A stretch of 64,000 nt of DNA from a virus (lineage: Duplodnaviria; Caudoviricetes). The notes beneath the pieces are model-generated. The model was not told where the DNA came from. It searched no databases and saw nothing but the letters and a program-made list of their open reading frames with translations. Position numbers and translations under genes: made by a program. Shown here piece after piece: positions 8,741 through 18,034 of this stretch (positions are counted from its first letter, which is position 1; each line of letters opens with the position of its first letter). The stretch is taken from IMG/VR virus record IMGVR_UViG_3300028388_003135, positions 91 to 64,090 of that record; one strand, written 5' to 3'.

Positions 8741-9536
8741 TAAGACTGCTACATCTAAGGCGACTAAAAAGTGGGTTCGTTTGGACGAGATCGTTTTTGA
8801 TAGCGAGAAGTACCAAATGCGACGTGACGATACGGCAGATTTCGTCAAGGAATATCGCGGGATGCTTCGGGACGCTTCGGAGGCAGCTGCAGAAGGCACC
8901 CGCCCTCAGTGGCCGTTCAAGGATCCGATTGTCGTATACGACATCAAAGGCGAGCTGTACTGCGTGGAAGGGTTCACGCGAGGCGAAGCAGCTCACAAGG
9001 CCAGGTGGGACGAAGTCTACGTCGAGATCCACAAGGGCACTGAGCAGAAGGCGATGATCGCGGCGTTGGGTGCCAATGCGACCCACGGAAAAGCGAGAAC
9101 GAACGCTGACAAGCGAAACGCGGTCCTTAGAGCGTTAGAGGAACTGACAGCGGCAAAGTGGACCCCGCCAAAGATTGCACAGGTTTGCAACGTGTCCGAC
9201 CAGTTTGTTCGCAACATGATCAAGCGTCGCGAGAAGGGCCAAACGTCCAAGGCTGGCGTTGAATCAGCGTTAGCGCCGCAGCCGGAAGCTGAAACCAGCA
9301 GTCCAGCTACGAAGGCAGATAAAAAGCCAACAGCCGCGCAGAAGGCGAACACGGCATCAGTCAGCAATGGTTCAGTCGACCCCCAAGAGATGCGCAAGCA
9401 GCGAGCAAGCAATGCATATACTGCACTTGGCGGGATTGTAACGGTCAGTGAAGAACTTGGATTTTATGATGATATCAAGGACCACCTAGATGCAATTCAA
9501 TCCCGATTCCAAAAAGCGCGACAGTCTGGCAAGTAG
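8736..9536 (+). CDS. ParB/Srx-like protein with HTH
   Basis: PIVVY...YCVEGFTR.EA, ANATHG..RTNADKRNAV, WTPPKIAQVCNVSDQFV (HTH-like). Confidence 0.75.
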   Translation: MTKTATSKATKKWVRLDEIVFDSEKYQMRRDDTADFVKEYRGMLRDASEAAAEGTRPQWPFKDPIVVYDIKGELYCVEGFTRGEAAHKARWDEVYVEIHKGTEQKAMIAALGANATHGKARTNADKRNAVLRALEELTAAKWTPPKIAQVCNVSDQFVRNMIKRREKGQTSKAGVESALAPQPEAETSSPATKADKKPTAAQKANTASVSNGSVDPQEMRKQRASNAYTALGGIVTVSEELGFYDDIKDHLDAIQSRFQKARQSGK

Positions 9537-9788
9537 GCCAAGTCAACAATCTGAATGCTCCGGTCGACAGATCGGAGCCGTATCGGCGGACCACCTAAGT
9601 AATTGGGAGGATCCGCCGGTTTTAGTTCGTATAGTGTACTTCGTCTCCAACATGCCGACGCCCTGCGTAAGGTACTACGACAAAGAGCAGCAAGCCGACG
9701 AGTTTATTGACGAGCTCAAACGTTTGGATTCGCTTCGGAAAATCCATAGTGTTGTGCGATACGACATGCGGTACAACAACGAGGTGAT

Positions 9789-11477
9789 GTGATGGATATC
9801 TTTGACCAGTTGGACTCAGAGTTGCTAGGCGAAACCGACGCAGCAAAGTTCGGCGAACGTCCGCCTCGGGTGGCTCACCAAGATCGTGCTATGGAGCAGA
9901 TCGCGAGAGAGCGCGATCTGCAGCGAGGCAAGCGCGTTAAGGATCCAATATTAGTCGTTGGTCCCTGTGGTAGCGGCAAGTCGCGGATTATGACGGATCT
10001 CACGATGGAGGAAGTATCGCGAGGTGGGCAAGTCGTGTTGAAGGTCCATCGAAACATGCTGCTAGAGCAGCTAATCGACGACCTCACCGGTGCAGGAATT
10101 GATTTCGGCATCATCCAAGCTGACTACGCAGGCGATCCACACGCGCCGGTCCAGCTAGCCTCAACGCAAACCTTATATCGAAGGGCGATCAAGAGTCAGA
10201 CCATCGACATGCCTGACGCGACGTTGGTAATCAACGACGAAGCACACCAGCAGGCCGGGGCGATGGAACGGTCGTTGATCTATGGAGCGATGCAGGGTGG
10301 TTGTGTAATTCCAGGTTGGTCGACCCGCCAAGTCGATGTAGTGGGGTTCACCGCTACACCAGTGTCGCAGTCCAAGATTTATCGCCGCATGGTTGAGTTC
10401 GCGACATACTCGCTAATGCGAGAGGTCAAGTTTCATCAGAAGGTGAAGGTCTACGGACCCTCGGAGATCGACATGAGCGGTCTTCGGCCGAACGCAGAAG
10501 GCAACTTCGCGACAGCGAAACTCGGTGAACGTGCAGTCAAGTTGCACGGAAGCATTTACAGTTCATGGAAGAGCCTAAACCCGTTTGCACTGCCTACAAT
10601 CGGGTTTGCGCCTTGTGTGCCATCGTCTAAGTGGTTCGCGTTTAAGTTTGCAGACAAAGGTGTACCAGTCGCCCATATGGACGGAGAGTTGATTCTCTAT
10701 CCAGAGGTTGGACCGAGGGGAGCAGTTAAGCTCAAGGAGATCGCGTCTACGCGAGAAAACCGAGCGATGGTCCTGGCGGGTTCGAAGGACGGGTCCATCA
10801 AGATTGTTTGGAATCGGTTTTTACTGCGCGAAGCAATCGATATGCCGTGGCTATATCACGGCATCTTCGCGACGGTCATGGGCTCGATCACATCGGCGTT
10901 GCAATCTGTGGGGCGGCTTCAGCGCTTTTGGGGCGACTACGATTTTAAGATTATGCAGGATCATGGCGGATGGTATTGGAGGCATGGTTCGCCGAACGAC
11001 GACCGAAGATGGAAGCTAGGGTATGCTGCCAAGCACTATCAGCGTGAGAGAGTCAAACGTTTGGCTAAGGGCGAGGAGTTCGAAGGGCTCTGCTGTCCGA
11101 AGTGTTCAATGTGGCGGAAGTCCGGTCCAGTATGTCCAGGCTGCGGCAACAACCACAAGCGTTCAATGCGAGTCGTGCAAACCAAAGCTGGAACGCTCAA
11201 AGAGATGCACGGAAGCGTATACAAGAAAGAAAAGGCGAAGCCGAGCGACATGCAGAGGCTTTGGACCGCGCACATCTTCCGTGGCTATGCATTGGACCAC
11301 TCGGTCGATCAGGCAGTAGCGTTGTTCTGTTCTGAGTTGCAGCGGAAAGGTTTGCCGGTGGATTGGAAGTTGTTTCTCAAGTTGAACCACGCGCCGCCGA
11401 ACCCAGACTCAGCCGATTACCGACGAAAGATCAGGAGTTACTATCCGTGGGCAAGACGAAGGACAGAACGGAAGTAG
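9789..11477 (+). CDS. Superfamily 2 DEAH-box helicase with C-terminal Zn finger
   Basis: GPCGSGKS, INDEAH, GFTATP, LQSVGRLQR, CPKC..CPGC. Confidence 0.9.
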   Translation: MMDIFDQLDSELLGETDAAKFGERPPRVAHQDRAMEQIARERDLQRGKRVKDPILVVGPCGSGKSRIMTDLTMEEVSRGGQVVLKVHRNMLLEQLIDDLTGAGIDFGIIQADYAGDPHAPVQLASTQTLYRRAIKSQTIDMPDATLVINDEAHQQAGAMERSLIYGAMQGGCVIPGWSTRQVDVVGFTATPVSQSKIYRRMVEFATYSLMREVKFHQKVKVYGPSEIDMSGLRPNAEGNFATAKLGERAVKLHGSIYSSWKSLNPFALPTIGFAPCVPSSKWFAFKFADKGVPVAHMDGELILYPEVGPRGAVKLKEIASTRENRAMVLAGSKDGSIKIVWNRFLLREAIDMPWLYHGIFATVMGSITSALQSVGRLQRFWGDYDFKIMQDHGGWYWRHGSPNDDRRWKLGYAAKHYQRERVKRLAKGEEFEGLCCPKCSMWRKSGPVCPGCGNNHKRSMRVVQTKAGTLKEMHGSVYKKEKAKPSDMQRLWTAHIFRGYALDHSVDQAVALFCSELQRKGLPVDWKLFLKLNHAPPNPDSADYRRKIRSYYPWARRRTERK

Positions 11478-11860
11478 ATGAAGCGTATGTGCAGATGCTC
11501 ACAGACACTGACTACCCATACTGCTGGAACTGCTTTCGCACGTTGCAGGACCGGCCAGCTGGTTGGCATGGTCCTTGGTTGATCGAGCGAGCACACATTG
11601 TGAATAATCCGCGAGTTGAGGATCGCCGTGCAGTCATTCTGCTGTGCTCGTGGTGCCATCGGATCCAACATGGTGAGCAGCTAACGTTACCGGGTTTGGA
11701 GTCGTTCGTACAGCTAACACTGCCGAACATGCTGGACATGAAAAGTCGGTTCGACGGTCCTTATTACGACAGACCCTGGCTCAGCAAACATCACATTGGC
11801 ACACTGCCGCGCGCGTCAGGGCGCGGTCGATATCGCAAGCGAACGAAGCATGAAAACTAA
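11363..11860 (+). CDS. HNH-like endonuclease (true start probably near 11489-11495)
   Basis: CWNC...ERAHI...LLCSWCHRIQH. Confidence 0.6.
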   Translation: MEVVSQVEPRAAEPRLSRLPTKDQELLSVGKTKDRTEVDEAYVQMLTDTDYPYCWNCFRTLQDRPAGWHGPWLIERAHIVNNPRVEDRRAVILLCSWCHRIQHGEQLTLPGLESFVQLTLPNMLDMKSRFDGPYYDRPWLSKHHIGTLPRASGRGRYRKRTKHEN

Positions 11861-12677
11861 GCTAGTAGTGAACTCAGAGCTGGACGTGTTCGGGTTGGAA
11901 GACGTCGAGATCAGGCTGGTAGGAAACGCGATGGTTAGACTGGCTGGCAACGCAGGTGGGCTCAAAGCTTACCTGAGGCGACCACAGTTGAACAACGTGT
12001 TGATCGATTGCCGAAAGCAAACGTTGGGTTGGCCACCACTGACGATCGGTTATTGCGACTATCCGCAGATCGATAGCGTGGAAGTGTTTCACGGTGGCGG
12101 ACCTGTGTTCATAAAGTCGGTGTGGAATCTGCAAGCAAATCGGCTCCGAGTACTCGGAACGAGGGAATCGAATATGCCAGCGGTGGTTGTCGAGAACATG
12201 ACCCATCGAGTGACAGAGAGCGACGATCCGCAAAGGATAGACTATCCGAACAACGATCTGCTCTTCGAAGGACTGACGATTGAGCGGTGCGCCAGCTTGC
12301 CACTACTGGTACGGGATACGATTGGAATGCGGATTGCGAGCGGCAAGCTTCACGGCTCAGAAGGTGGTCGCGCAGGGTACGATAACAACGAGGGCCTTAT
12401 AAGGTTGCATAACTGCCCTCGATTTCATATCGGCGGAGCAGTGATGCTGACGCAAAGCGAAGAGCCAGCTGTGCAAATCGAAGACAAGCCGACTAGCACA
12501 AAGACTTCGCTTTCAGGTGAGCCAATGCTTGCGCCCAATTGCAAGATTGGTCTGCAGATTAGAACGTCAGGAACGCAGGAGCGGGAGCGTTTGCCTGACG
12601 TAGATTGGTTCGTCCCGCGATACAACAGCGGCCAGCCGAAATTTGACGGCAAGGCATACGGAATAAAGGAGACGTAG
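11850..12677 (+). CDS. Hypothetical protein, possibly a right-handed beta-helix
   Basis: Repetitive beta-strand pattern (NDLLFEGLTIERC, IRLHNC). Confidence 0.5.
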   Translation: MKTKLVVNSELDVFGLEDVEIRLVGNAMVRLAGNAGGLKAYLRRPQLNNVLIDCRKQTLGWPPLTIGYCDYPQIDSVEVFHGGGPVFIKSVWNLQANRLRVLGTRESNMPAVVVENMTHRVTESDDPQRIDYPNNDLLFEGLTIERCASLPLLVRDTIGMRIASGKLHGSEGGRAGYDNNEGLIRLHNCPRFHIGGAVMLTQSEEPAVQIEDKPTSTKTSLSGEPMLAPNCKIGLQIRTSGTQERERLPDVDWFVPRYNSGQPKFDGKAYGIKET

Positions 12678-12678
12678 G

Positions 12679-12924
12679 ATGCTAGTACTGACCAGGGAAC
12701 AGGACGAACAGGTCACTATAGAGTTGACGCCAGAGCTGATGAAGCAATTCGTTGAACGAGGCGAAACAATAGAGATCGTGACAACCGTCGTAGCGTTTCG
12801 CAATCGCACGCGAGTTCGGCTAGGCTTCGACGTGCCTCAGCCGGTCCCAATCTATCGCAATGAACTCAAGCGAGATGTCGACGCCAATGGCTTAAGGAAG
12901 GTATCATGCAATCGCAATTCCTAG
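12679..12924 (+). CDS. csrA: CsrA/RsmA-like RNA-binding regulator
   Basis: MLVLTRE.DEQVTI...RVRLGFDVPQPVPIYRNEL; AAGGAG RBS. Confidence 0.85.
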   Translation: MLVLTREQDEQVTIELTPELMKQFVERGETIEIVTTVVAFRNRTRVRLGFDVPQPVPIYRNELKRDVDANGLRKVSCNRNS

Positions 12925-13301
12925 ACGGTCCAGCAGAAGGCGTCAAGCTGGCCCTCAGACGCGCGCCGCTCTACCTTCGCGTAACTTACCAAAGCGGAGA
13001 GTGGGATGCGTTAGATCAGCTCTCTGACGTCCCAAAAGCCAAAGAGAGTGTTTACATCTACAAACGTTTGGATTGCGCTCGGGGAGTTCATGTACGGGCG
13101 TCGAAGGGCAGCGGTCTGGGTGGTTGCTGGAGCTATGGGCAGTATCGTTATATTGGCGATCTGCCAGACGAGATCAGCAGGCATACCAAGGAGTGGCGAG
13201 CTTGGGCAGAAGATCAGCCAACCCATCACTGGAAAGAAGGCGATGCAACGGGTTACAGCCGAGCAGTTCAAGGAACTGACAAAGACAGGGAAGAAGTCTA
13301 A
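12906..13301 (+). CDS. Hypothetical protein
   Basis: FLDGPAEG..L.LRRAP.YLRV...WDALDQL.D.P. Confidence 0.65.
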   Translation: MQSQFLDGPAEGVKLALRRAPLYLRVTYQSGEWDALDQLSDVPKAKESVYIYKRLDCARGVHVRASKGSGLGGCWSYGQYRYIGDLPDEISRHTKEWRAWAEDQPTHHWKEGDATGYSRAVQGTDKDREEV

Positions 13302-13632
13302 GTGGCGAAACCGGCCAGTGAAGACAAGCGAAGGAGTGTTTGATTCGCAGGCAGAGTACGACAGGTGGTGTGAGCTTAAGATTCTGCAATCACAAGGCGA
13401 GATTCGGAAGTTAGAGCATCACAAGGTCTTTGAGATCAGAGTCGGCGGACACCTGATCTGTAAATACGAGTCCGACTTCGTTTACGAAGAGCAGACCAGC
13501 GATCCAAACGTTTGGACGCCCATCGTTGAGGACGTAAAGGGTAGCAAGGAAACTAAGACGCCGGAGTACAAGCTCAAGGCGAAGTTAATGTTCGCAGTTC
13601 ACAAAATCACTATCAGGGAAACTTTCAAATGA
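13243..13632 (+). CDS. DUF1064 family (PD-(D/E)XK-like) nuclease
   Basis: SKWRN...FDSQAE..R..EL.IL...GEI..L...Y..DFVY...VEDVKG...T.EY.LK.KLM. Confidence 0.85.
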   Translation: MQRVTAEQFKELTKTGKKSKWRNRPVKTSEGVFDSQAEYDRWCELKILQSQGEIRKLEHHKVFEIRVGGHLICKYESDFVYEEQTSDPNVWTPIVEDVKGSKETKTPEYKLKAKLMFAVHKITIRETFK

Positions 13633-13817
13633 CACGCGACGAAGCAAACGTAGTTCTTGATCTAGTAGACGCTGCCACGGAGGGCAATATGCCCACAGTC
13701 CGCGAGCAGATGGCAGAGAGGGGTTATTCTCCAGCAGAGATAGTAAAGGTGTTCAGCGGAATAGCTGCTAAAGCAGGACGGTCGCCAATGTTTGAAGAAA
13801 GCGATTTCAACGAATAA
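13629..13817 (+). CDS. Hypothetical protein
   Basis: Translationally coupled (ATGA). Confidence 0.55.
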   Translation: MTRDEANVVLDLVDAATEGNMPTVREQMAERGYSPAEIVKVFSGIAAKAGRSPMFEESDFNE

Positions 13818-13826
13818 GGGTGAGGC

Positions 13827-14114
13827 ATGCAGCCACGGAAGTACACCAGAAGCGACAAAATGCTGATGGTAGCAATGCAGAACCCTGAAGAGTGGGTCTG
13901 TCAGATCCAGTACATGGACTCTCGGAAACAGTTAACGAACCGCACTGTGTCGCCTATCCGTTTTAATGGTGACGCAGTGCTGGTATACTGCCTGAGCCGC
14001 GACGGCCTTCGCTCACTCAAGCTGACCGGCATTCTAGGCGTAAAGCTTCGGCACGCCAGCGACGTAATGACGCCAGAAGCGTTGCAAGTCCTATTGAGCG
14101 CAAGGCCAGCTTGA
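13827..14114 (+). CDS. Stand-alone WYL-domain protein
   Basis: IQYMDSRKQLTNRTVSPIR...VYCLSRDGLRSLKLTGI. Confidence 0.75.
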   Translation: MQPRKYTRSDKMLMVAMQNPEEWVCQIQYMDSRKQLTNRTVSPIRFNGDAVLVYCLSRDGLRSLKLTGILGVKLRHASDVMTPEALQVLLSARPA

Positions 14115-14425
14115 TAAGTCAATGGGAACGACGGGCCAAACGTTTGGCTTGGTCACATCAACGACGGCCAGCGGGAAAGGGAAGGTCTATGGCTAAGGTG
14201 TTTGATATGGGCCGAGGGTTCAATGCGACCGCGGGCACGGACTTGTGGTCAGCTAAGCTGATAAGCCCAGAGCCCAATATAAATGCAACAATGGCTGCTC
14301 AGTTAATGGCTGAGGCAGCAAACACTTTGGCTATGCCAGGCGTGTTGGCTCAAGTCAACACTTCACCACAGCAACAAGATCCTTTAGTACGCAAGCAACA
14401 TAAGCGGAGAGTCAACCTTGACTGA
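14111..14425 (+). CDS. Hypothetical protein
   Basis: Fills the gap between coupled genes. Confidence 0.5.
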   Translation: MISQWERRAKRLAWSHQRRPAGKGRSMAKVFDMGRGFNATAGTDLWSAKLISPEPNINATMAAQLMAEAANTLAMPGVLAQVNTSPQQQDPLVRKQHKRRVNLD

Positions 14426-15056
14426 AAATCCGACCGACGAAAACGCAGTGCCAGAAGCGGTAGAAGAAATTGAGGCATCGCTTGATCTTTCACTATTCCC
14501 TGTCATTGAGCTGGACAAGCTCAAGCTCGACCCGAGCAACGCAAGGAAGCATGGGTCAAAAGACATTGACGCGATCGCGGAGAGCTTGCAAGGCTTTGGG
14601 CAGCAAACGCCGATTGTGATTAATCGATATGGCGTGATCGTCAAAGGCAATGGAACGGTGCTAGCAGCAAAGCAGCTGGGTTGGGAAACGCTGCACTACA
14701 TCGTGACAAAGCTTGAAGGCGACGAAGAGCGAGCCTATGCGATAGCGGACAATCAAACCGCCCTCCTGTCTGAGTGGGATATCGAAGAGCTGTCGAAGCA
14801 AATCCAAACGTTTGACGAGTCGTTATTAGGCAAGCTGGGATTCAGCGATGCCGATCTCGCTGAGTTGATCGACGCCAACATTGAGACGTTCACGGTAACG
14901 GACGGACCAGGCGGCGAGATCGAGCCGGAGGACGACACGGCGTTTACAGTTCAGCTCACTGAGAAAGTGCCGGACAGCGATAAAGGCAAAGTGATCGAAG
15001 CAATCAACAAAGCTATGGAAGGGGCAGGTCTTGCTTATCGCGCCGAAGCCTACTGA
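14418..15056 (+). CDS. ParB-like nuclease domain protein
   Basis: NARKH...IAESLQGFGQQTPIVI...GNGT..AAKQLG...AIADN. Confidence 0.85.
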   Translation: MTENPTDENAVPEAVEEIEASLDLSLFPVIELDKLKLDPSNARKHGSKDIDAIAESLQGFGQQTPIVINRYGVIVKGNGTVLAAKQLGWETLHYIVTKLEGDEERAYAIADNQTALLSEWDIEELSKQIQTFDESLLGKLGFSDADLAELIDANIETFTVTDGPGGEIEPEDDTAFTVQLTEKVPDSDKGKVIEAINKAMEGAGLAYRAEAY

Positions 15057-15993
15057 TAAGGTTCCCCTGCTGGTTAGCTACCACTACATCAAGGATTGGC
15101 CAGAAGAACGAATCAAGTATGTTCTCGAAAATCCACACCTAGAAGTCCTGATCGACTCCGGAGCGTTCTCAGCGTTGAACGCTGGCGTTGAAGTTGATAT
15201 CGAGGAGTACATGGCGTGGGTCAAACGTTGGGAAAACCATTTGTTTGGCTACATGCTGCTCGACAAGCTCGGCGACCCGAAGACATCTGCTGAGAACTAC
15301 GAGGTTATGCTTCGCAATGGACTCCATCCGATCCCGATTCATGTGCGCGGTGATGGCGAACAGCGAATGGACGAATTGTTCGAACGGTCGGCGTATGTCG
15401 CGTGTGGTGGCTTCCGACGCCCTAAGGTTGGGTGGAGCAGCGAAGGTTATGTTGAGCTCAAGATGCAGTGGGCGAAAGGTCGGCCCGTCCACTGGTTAGG
15501 CTACACGAAGCATACGATGCTGATGCGATATGCCCCGTACTCCTGCGACTCGTCGAACGTGATGTCGGCGGCGCAGTATGGCTTGTTGATCTACCCAAAG
15601 TCAGGTGGGCTCACGCAGATCAAATACAACGAGCTCAAAGCATCGCCGCCCATCGCCCTTAAGCGAACGCTCGACCGGCTTGGCATTCAATGGGAGGATC
15701 TCAAGGACAGGCGGTCATGGCGATGCAACCGCCCTGCAGGCCAAGAATACTGCGAGCACTTGTCGCACTTTATGACGTGCTTTGCTTACGTGGACTACGC
15801 AAGACGGATGAATGCCTATAACGGAACGCGAGTATTCATAGCGACCACCGGCGTCTATGACACACCAGAGATGGTGAGTTTCTTCGCCAATGAGACTTGC
15901 CTGACTGAACGCGCACCATACCCGGTGAGCATTGCAACCCGACCGAGACCCGTTGCTGAATGGAGCAATCAAGATGCAGCCGCTACCGCCTGA
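15031..15993 (+). CDS. dpdA: tRNA-guanine transglycosylase-like protein (DpdA-like DNA 7-deazaguanine transglycosylase)
   Basis: LLVSYHY, LIDSGAFS, PIPIH, VHWLG, SCDSS; adjacent to queD/queE/folE. Confidence 0.7.
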   Translation: MLIAPKPTDKVPLLVSYHYIKDWPEERIKYVLENPHLEVLIDSGAFSALNAGVEVDIEEYMAWVKRWENHLFGYMLLDKLGDPKTSAENYEVMLRNGLHPIPIHVRGDGEQRMDELFERSAYVACGGFRRPKVGWSSEGYVELKMQWAKGRPVHWLGYTKHTMLMRYAPYSCDSSNVMSAAQYGLLIYPKSGGLTQIKYNELKASPPIALKRTLDRLGIQWEDLKDRRSWRCNRPAGQEYCEHLSHFMTCFAYVDYARRMNAYNGTRVFIATTGVYDTPEMVSFFANETCLTERAPYPVSIATRPRPVAEWSNQDAAATA

Positions 15994-16372
15994 TGACGTC
16001 CAGATACTTGAGATAGTTGTCACGACAGAATTTGAGGCCGTGCACTGTTGGCCCAACGCGCCAGAGGGCAATATTCTCAAGCATCCGCACCGGCATAAAT
16101 TCTTCGTTCGCGTCAAGTTTGCGGTCACGCATACTGACCGCCAGTTAGAGTTCTTGGACATGAAAGAAGTGGTCGAGGGTCATATCGCTAATCGGCTGAA
16201 CCAAATTGAAGCGATAGGCCGGGGTGGAGAAGCGTTGCATTGGTCATGCGAAGACTTTTGCAACGACATCGCCGCGCATCTACAATCGCAAGACTACCCA
16301 GTGACGTTTGTCTCCGTGTTCGAGGACAACGAGAATGGAGCAGAGTTAACGTTAGGGCTGAAAAGTGTTTGA
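15974..16372 (+). CDS. QueD/PTPS-like T-fold protein
   Basis: FEAVHCWP...HPHRH.F...DRQLEF...SCE...V.EDNENGA. Confidence 0.65.
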   Translation: MQPLPPDDVQILEIVVTTEFEAVHCWPNAPEGNILKHPHRHKFFVRVKFAVTHTDRQLEFLDMKEVVEGHIANRLNQIEAIGRGGEALHWSCEDFCNDIAAHLQSQDYPVTFVSVFEDNENGAELTLGLKSV

Positions 16373-17006
16373 CAGCGAACCATACGAAGAGACAGACCGG
16401 ACCATCACGTTTAAGGACGGTCAGACAGTGTCGTTTGGGGTCCTACCTAGCCCCCGGCCAAAGCTCAAACGTTTGCCTACTTGGGTCCTTGTAGTCGTGT
16501 ACCTTGCAGCTATCGTTGCTGCGAACTTGCTGGTTGCCCGCTATGGACAGATAGCGTTACTGTTCACGGCGGTCGCTCTCCTGCCAACTGACTTTCTAAT
16601 CCGCGACATCCTTCACAGTCGCTGGGAAGTTGAAAGCAAGTATTGGTTCTTCGCGATGGCCCTGCTTGTCGGCAGCGGCGGCGTGATAACGTTGCTGGTC
16701 AATTACTCGGCGGTTAACGTGGCTCTGGCGTCTTCTGCGGCGTTCTGCGCGGCAGGGGTGTCAAATGCGGCGGTGTACGCTTCAATCGCGTTAGATCGCA
16801 AATTTACCCGCATGACCGCCTCGAATGCTGTGGCCAGTGTGGTAGACTCGGTCCTGTTTCCACTTTTGGCGTTTGGAACGCTCGACTGGCGGATCTCAGC
16901 TGGTCAAGCCGCCCTCAAGTTCATAGGCGGGTTGCTACTCACAATTTGGTATCTTCGCAGGACCGACCCACGTGCGATATTTCTCAACAAAGACCTACGG
17001 GCATGA
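16365..17006 (+). CDS. yhhQ: VUT/YhhQ family queuosine-precursor transporter
   Basis: AIVAAN..., RDILH, ALASSAAF, SNAVASVVDSVLF..LAFG, Q...K; multiple transmembrane segments. Confidence 0.8.
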   Translation: MFDSEPYEETDRTITFKDGQTVSFGVLPSPRPKLKRLPTWVLVVVYLAAIVAANLLVARYGQIALLFTAVALLPTDFLIRDILHSRWEVESKYWFFAMALLVGSGGVITLLVNYSAVNVALASSAAFCAAGVSNAAVYASIALDRKFTRMTASNAVASVVDSVLFPLLAFGTLDWRISAGQAALKFIGGLLLTIWYLRRTDPRAIFLNKDLRA

Positions 17007-17412
17007 GCTCGGGTTGTCTTGCTGTTTTCGACAGCATAAAGCCAAGAGCCACTGTAATCGTTTGCATGGCTACGCGATCAGCGTCAAGCTGGTTTTCGAA
17101 GCCGACACATTAGACCATCGCAATTGGGTTCAAGACTTCGGCGATCTCGATTGGGTGAAGACTTATTTGAAGCAAACGTTTGACCACACAACAGTAGTCG
17201 CAGCAGACGATCCAGCGATGAAGGTGTTCGAGGACATGCATTCGAAAGGACTGCTCAAGCTGGTGGTCCGTGAAGCAGTTGGTTGCGAAGCGTTTGCAAT
17301 GCAGATCGCGGATTACGTTGCCTCCGGACTGCCACCGCGAGTGAATTTGTTAGAGGTCGAGGTACGAGAGCATGGCGCCAATAGTGCAGGAGTCAAGATC
17401 TATGGAGCATGA
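16972..17412 (+). CDS. queD: 6-carboxytetrahydropterin synthase
   Basis: CNRLHGY, WVQDFGDL, FDHT, GCE.FA, VEVREH..NSA. Confidence 0.9.
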   Translation: MRYFSTKTYGHELGLSCCFRQHKAKSHCNRLHGYAISVKLVFEADTLDHRNWVQDFGDLDWVKTYLKQTFDHTTVVAADDPAMKVFEDMHSKGLLKLVVREAVGCEAFAMQIADYVASGLPPRVNLLEVEVREHGANSAGVKIYGA

Positions 17413-18034
17413 GAAGCAGTATCGAATAAACGAGGTGTTCGTAGCTAAGCAGGGCGAGGGCTTGCGAAGCGGCGAGATGTCGATATTCGTTCGGTTCAGC
17501 GGCTGTAACATGCGTTGCGACCTTGAGGCGAGCCAGGTGTCGCCAGGCGGTTTTAAATGCGATACCGAGTTCACTAGCGGGCGGTCGCTCAACGCAGCAG
17601 CGATCCTCAAGTACATCGACGAGATGAAGGCGATAGCGAAGACGCCAGAATGCAATTGGATCGTCCTGACTGGCGGCGAACCTATGCTGCAAGTTGACCA
17701 ACCGTTGATCGACGCATTGCATCAAGCGGGCTATCGGTTACAAATTGAAACCAATGGAACGCTCGAAGTGCCGAGGACGATCGATTTCATCACAGTCAGT
17801 CCCAAGGTTGCGGAGCATGCGATTGTGCAACGCTCAGCGACTGAGGTGAAGTATGTTAGGGGCTACGGCCAGGCACTGCCGTCAACTTGCGTAGACGCAA
17901 AGCACTTTTGGATCTCGGCAGCGTTCGACTCAGGCAGCGTTGCCCCCAAGACCGTTGAATGGTGTTCTCAACTATGCGAAGGAACCAAATGGAAGCTCAG
18001 CCTACAGACACACAATCTCGAGGGAAGTCGATAG
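17402..18034 (+). CDS. queE: 7-carboxy-7-deazaguanine synthase (radical SAM)
   Basis: QGEG..SG...FVRFSGCN, CDT, LTGGEPMLQ, IETNGT, VSPK, LSLQTH. Confidence 0.9.
   Translation: MEHEKQYRINEVFVAKQGEGLRSGEMSIFVRFSGCNMRCDLEASQVSPGGFKCDTEFTSGRSLNAAAILKYIDEMKAIAKTPECNWIVLTGGEPMLQVDQPLIDALHQAGYRLQIETNGTLEVPRTIDFITVSPKVAEHAIVQRSATEVKYVRGYGQALPSTCVDAKHFWISAAFDSGSVAPKTVEWCSQLCEGTKWKLSLQTHNLEGSR

Noticed and set aside
15974-16372. Call as QueF or QueF-like
   Set aside because: It lacks the CP.TG..D motif; the H..HxH pattern fits QueD/PTPS-like proteins better.
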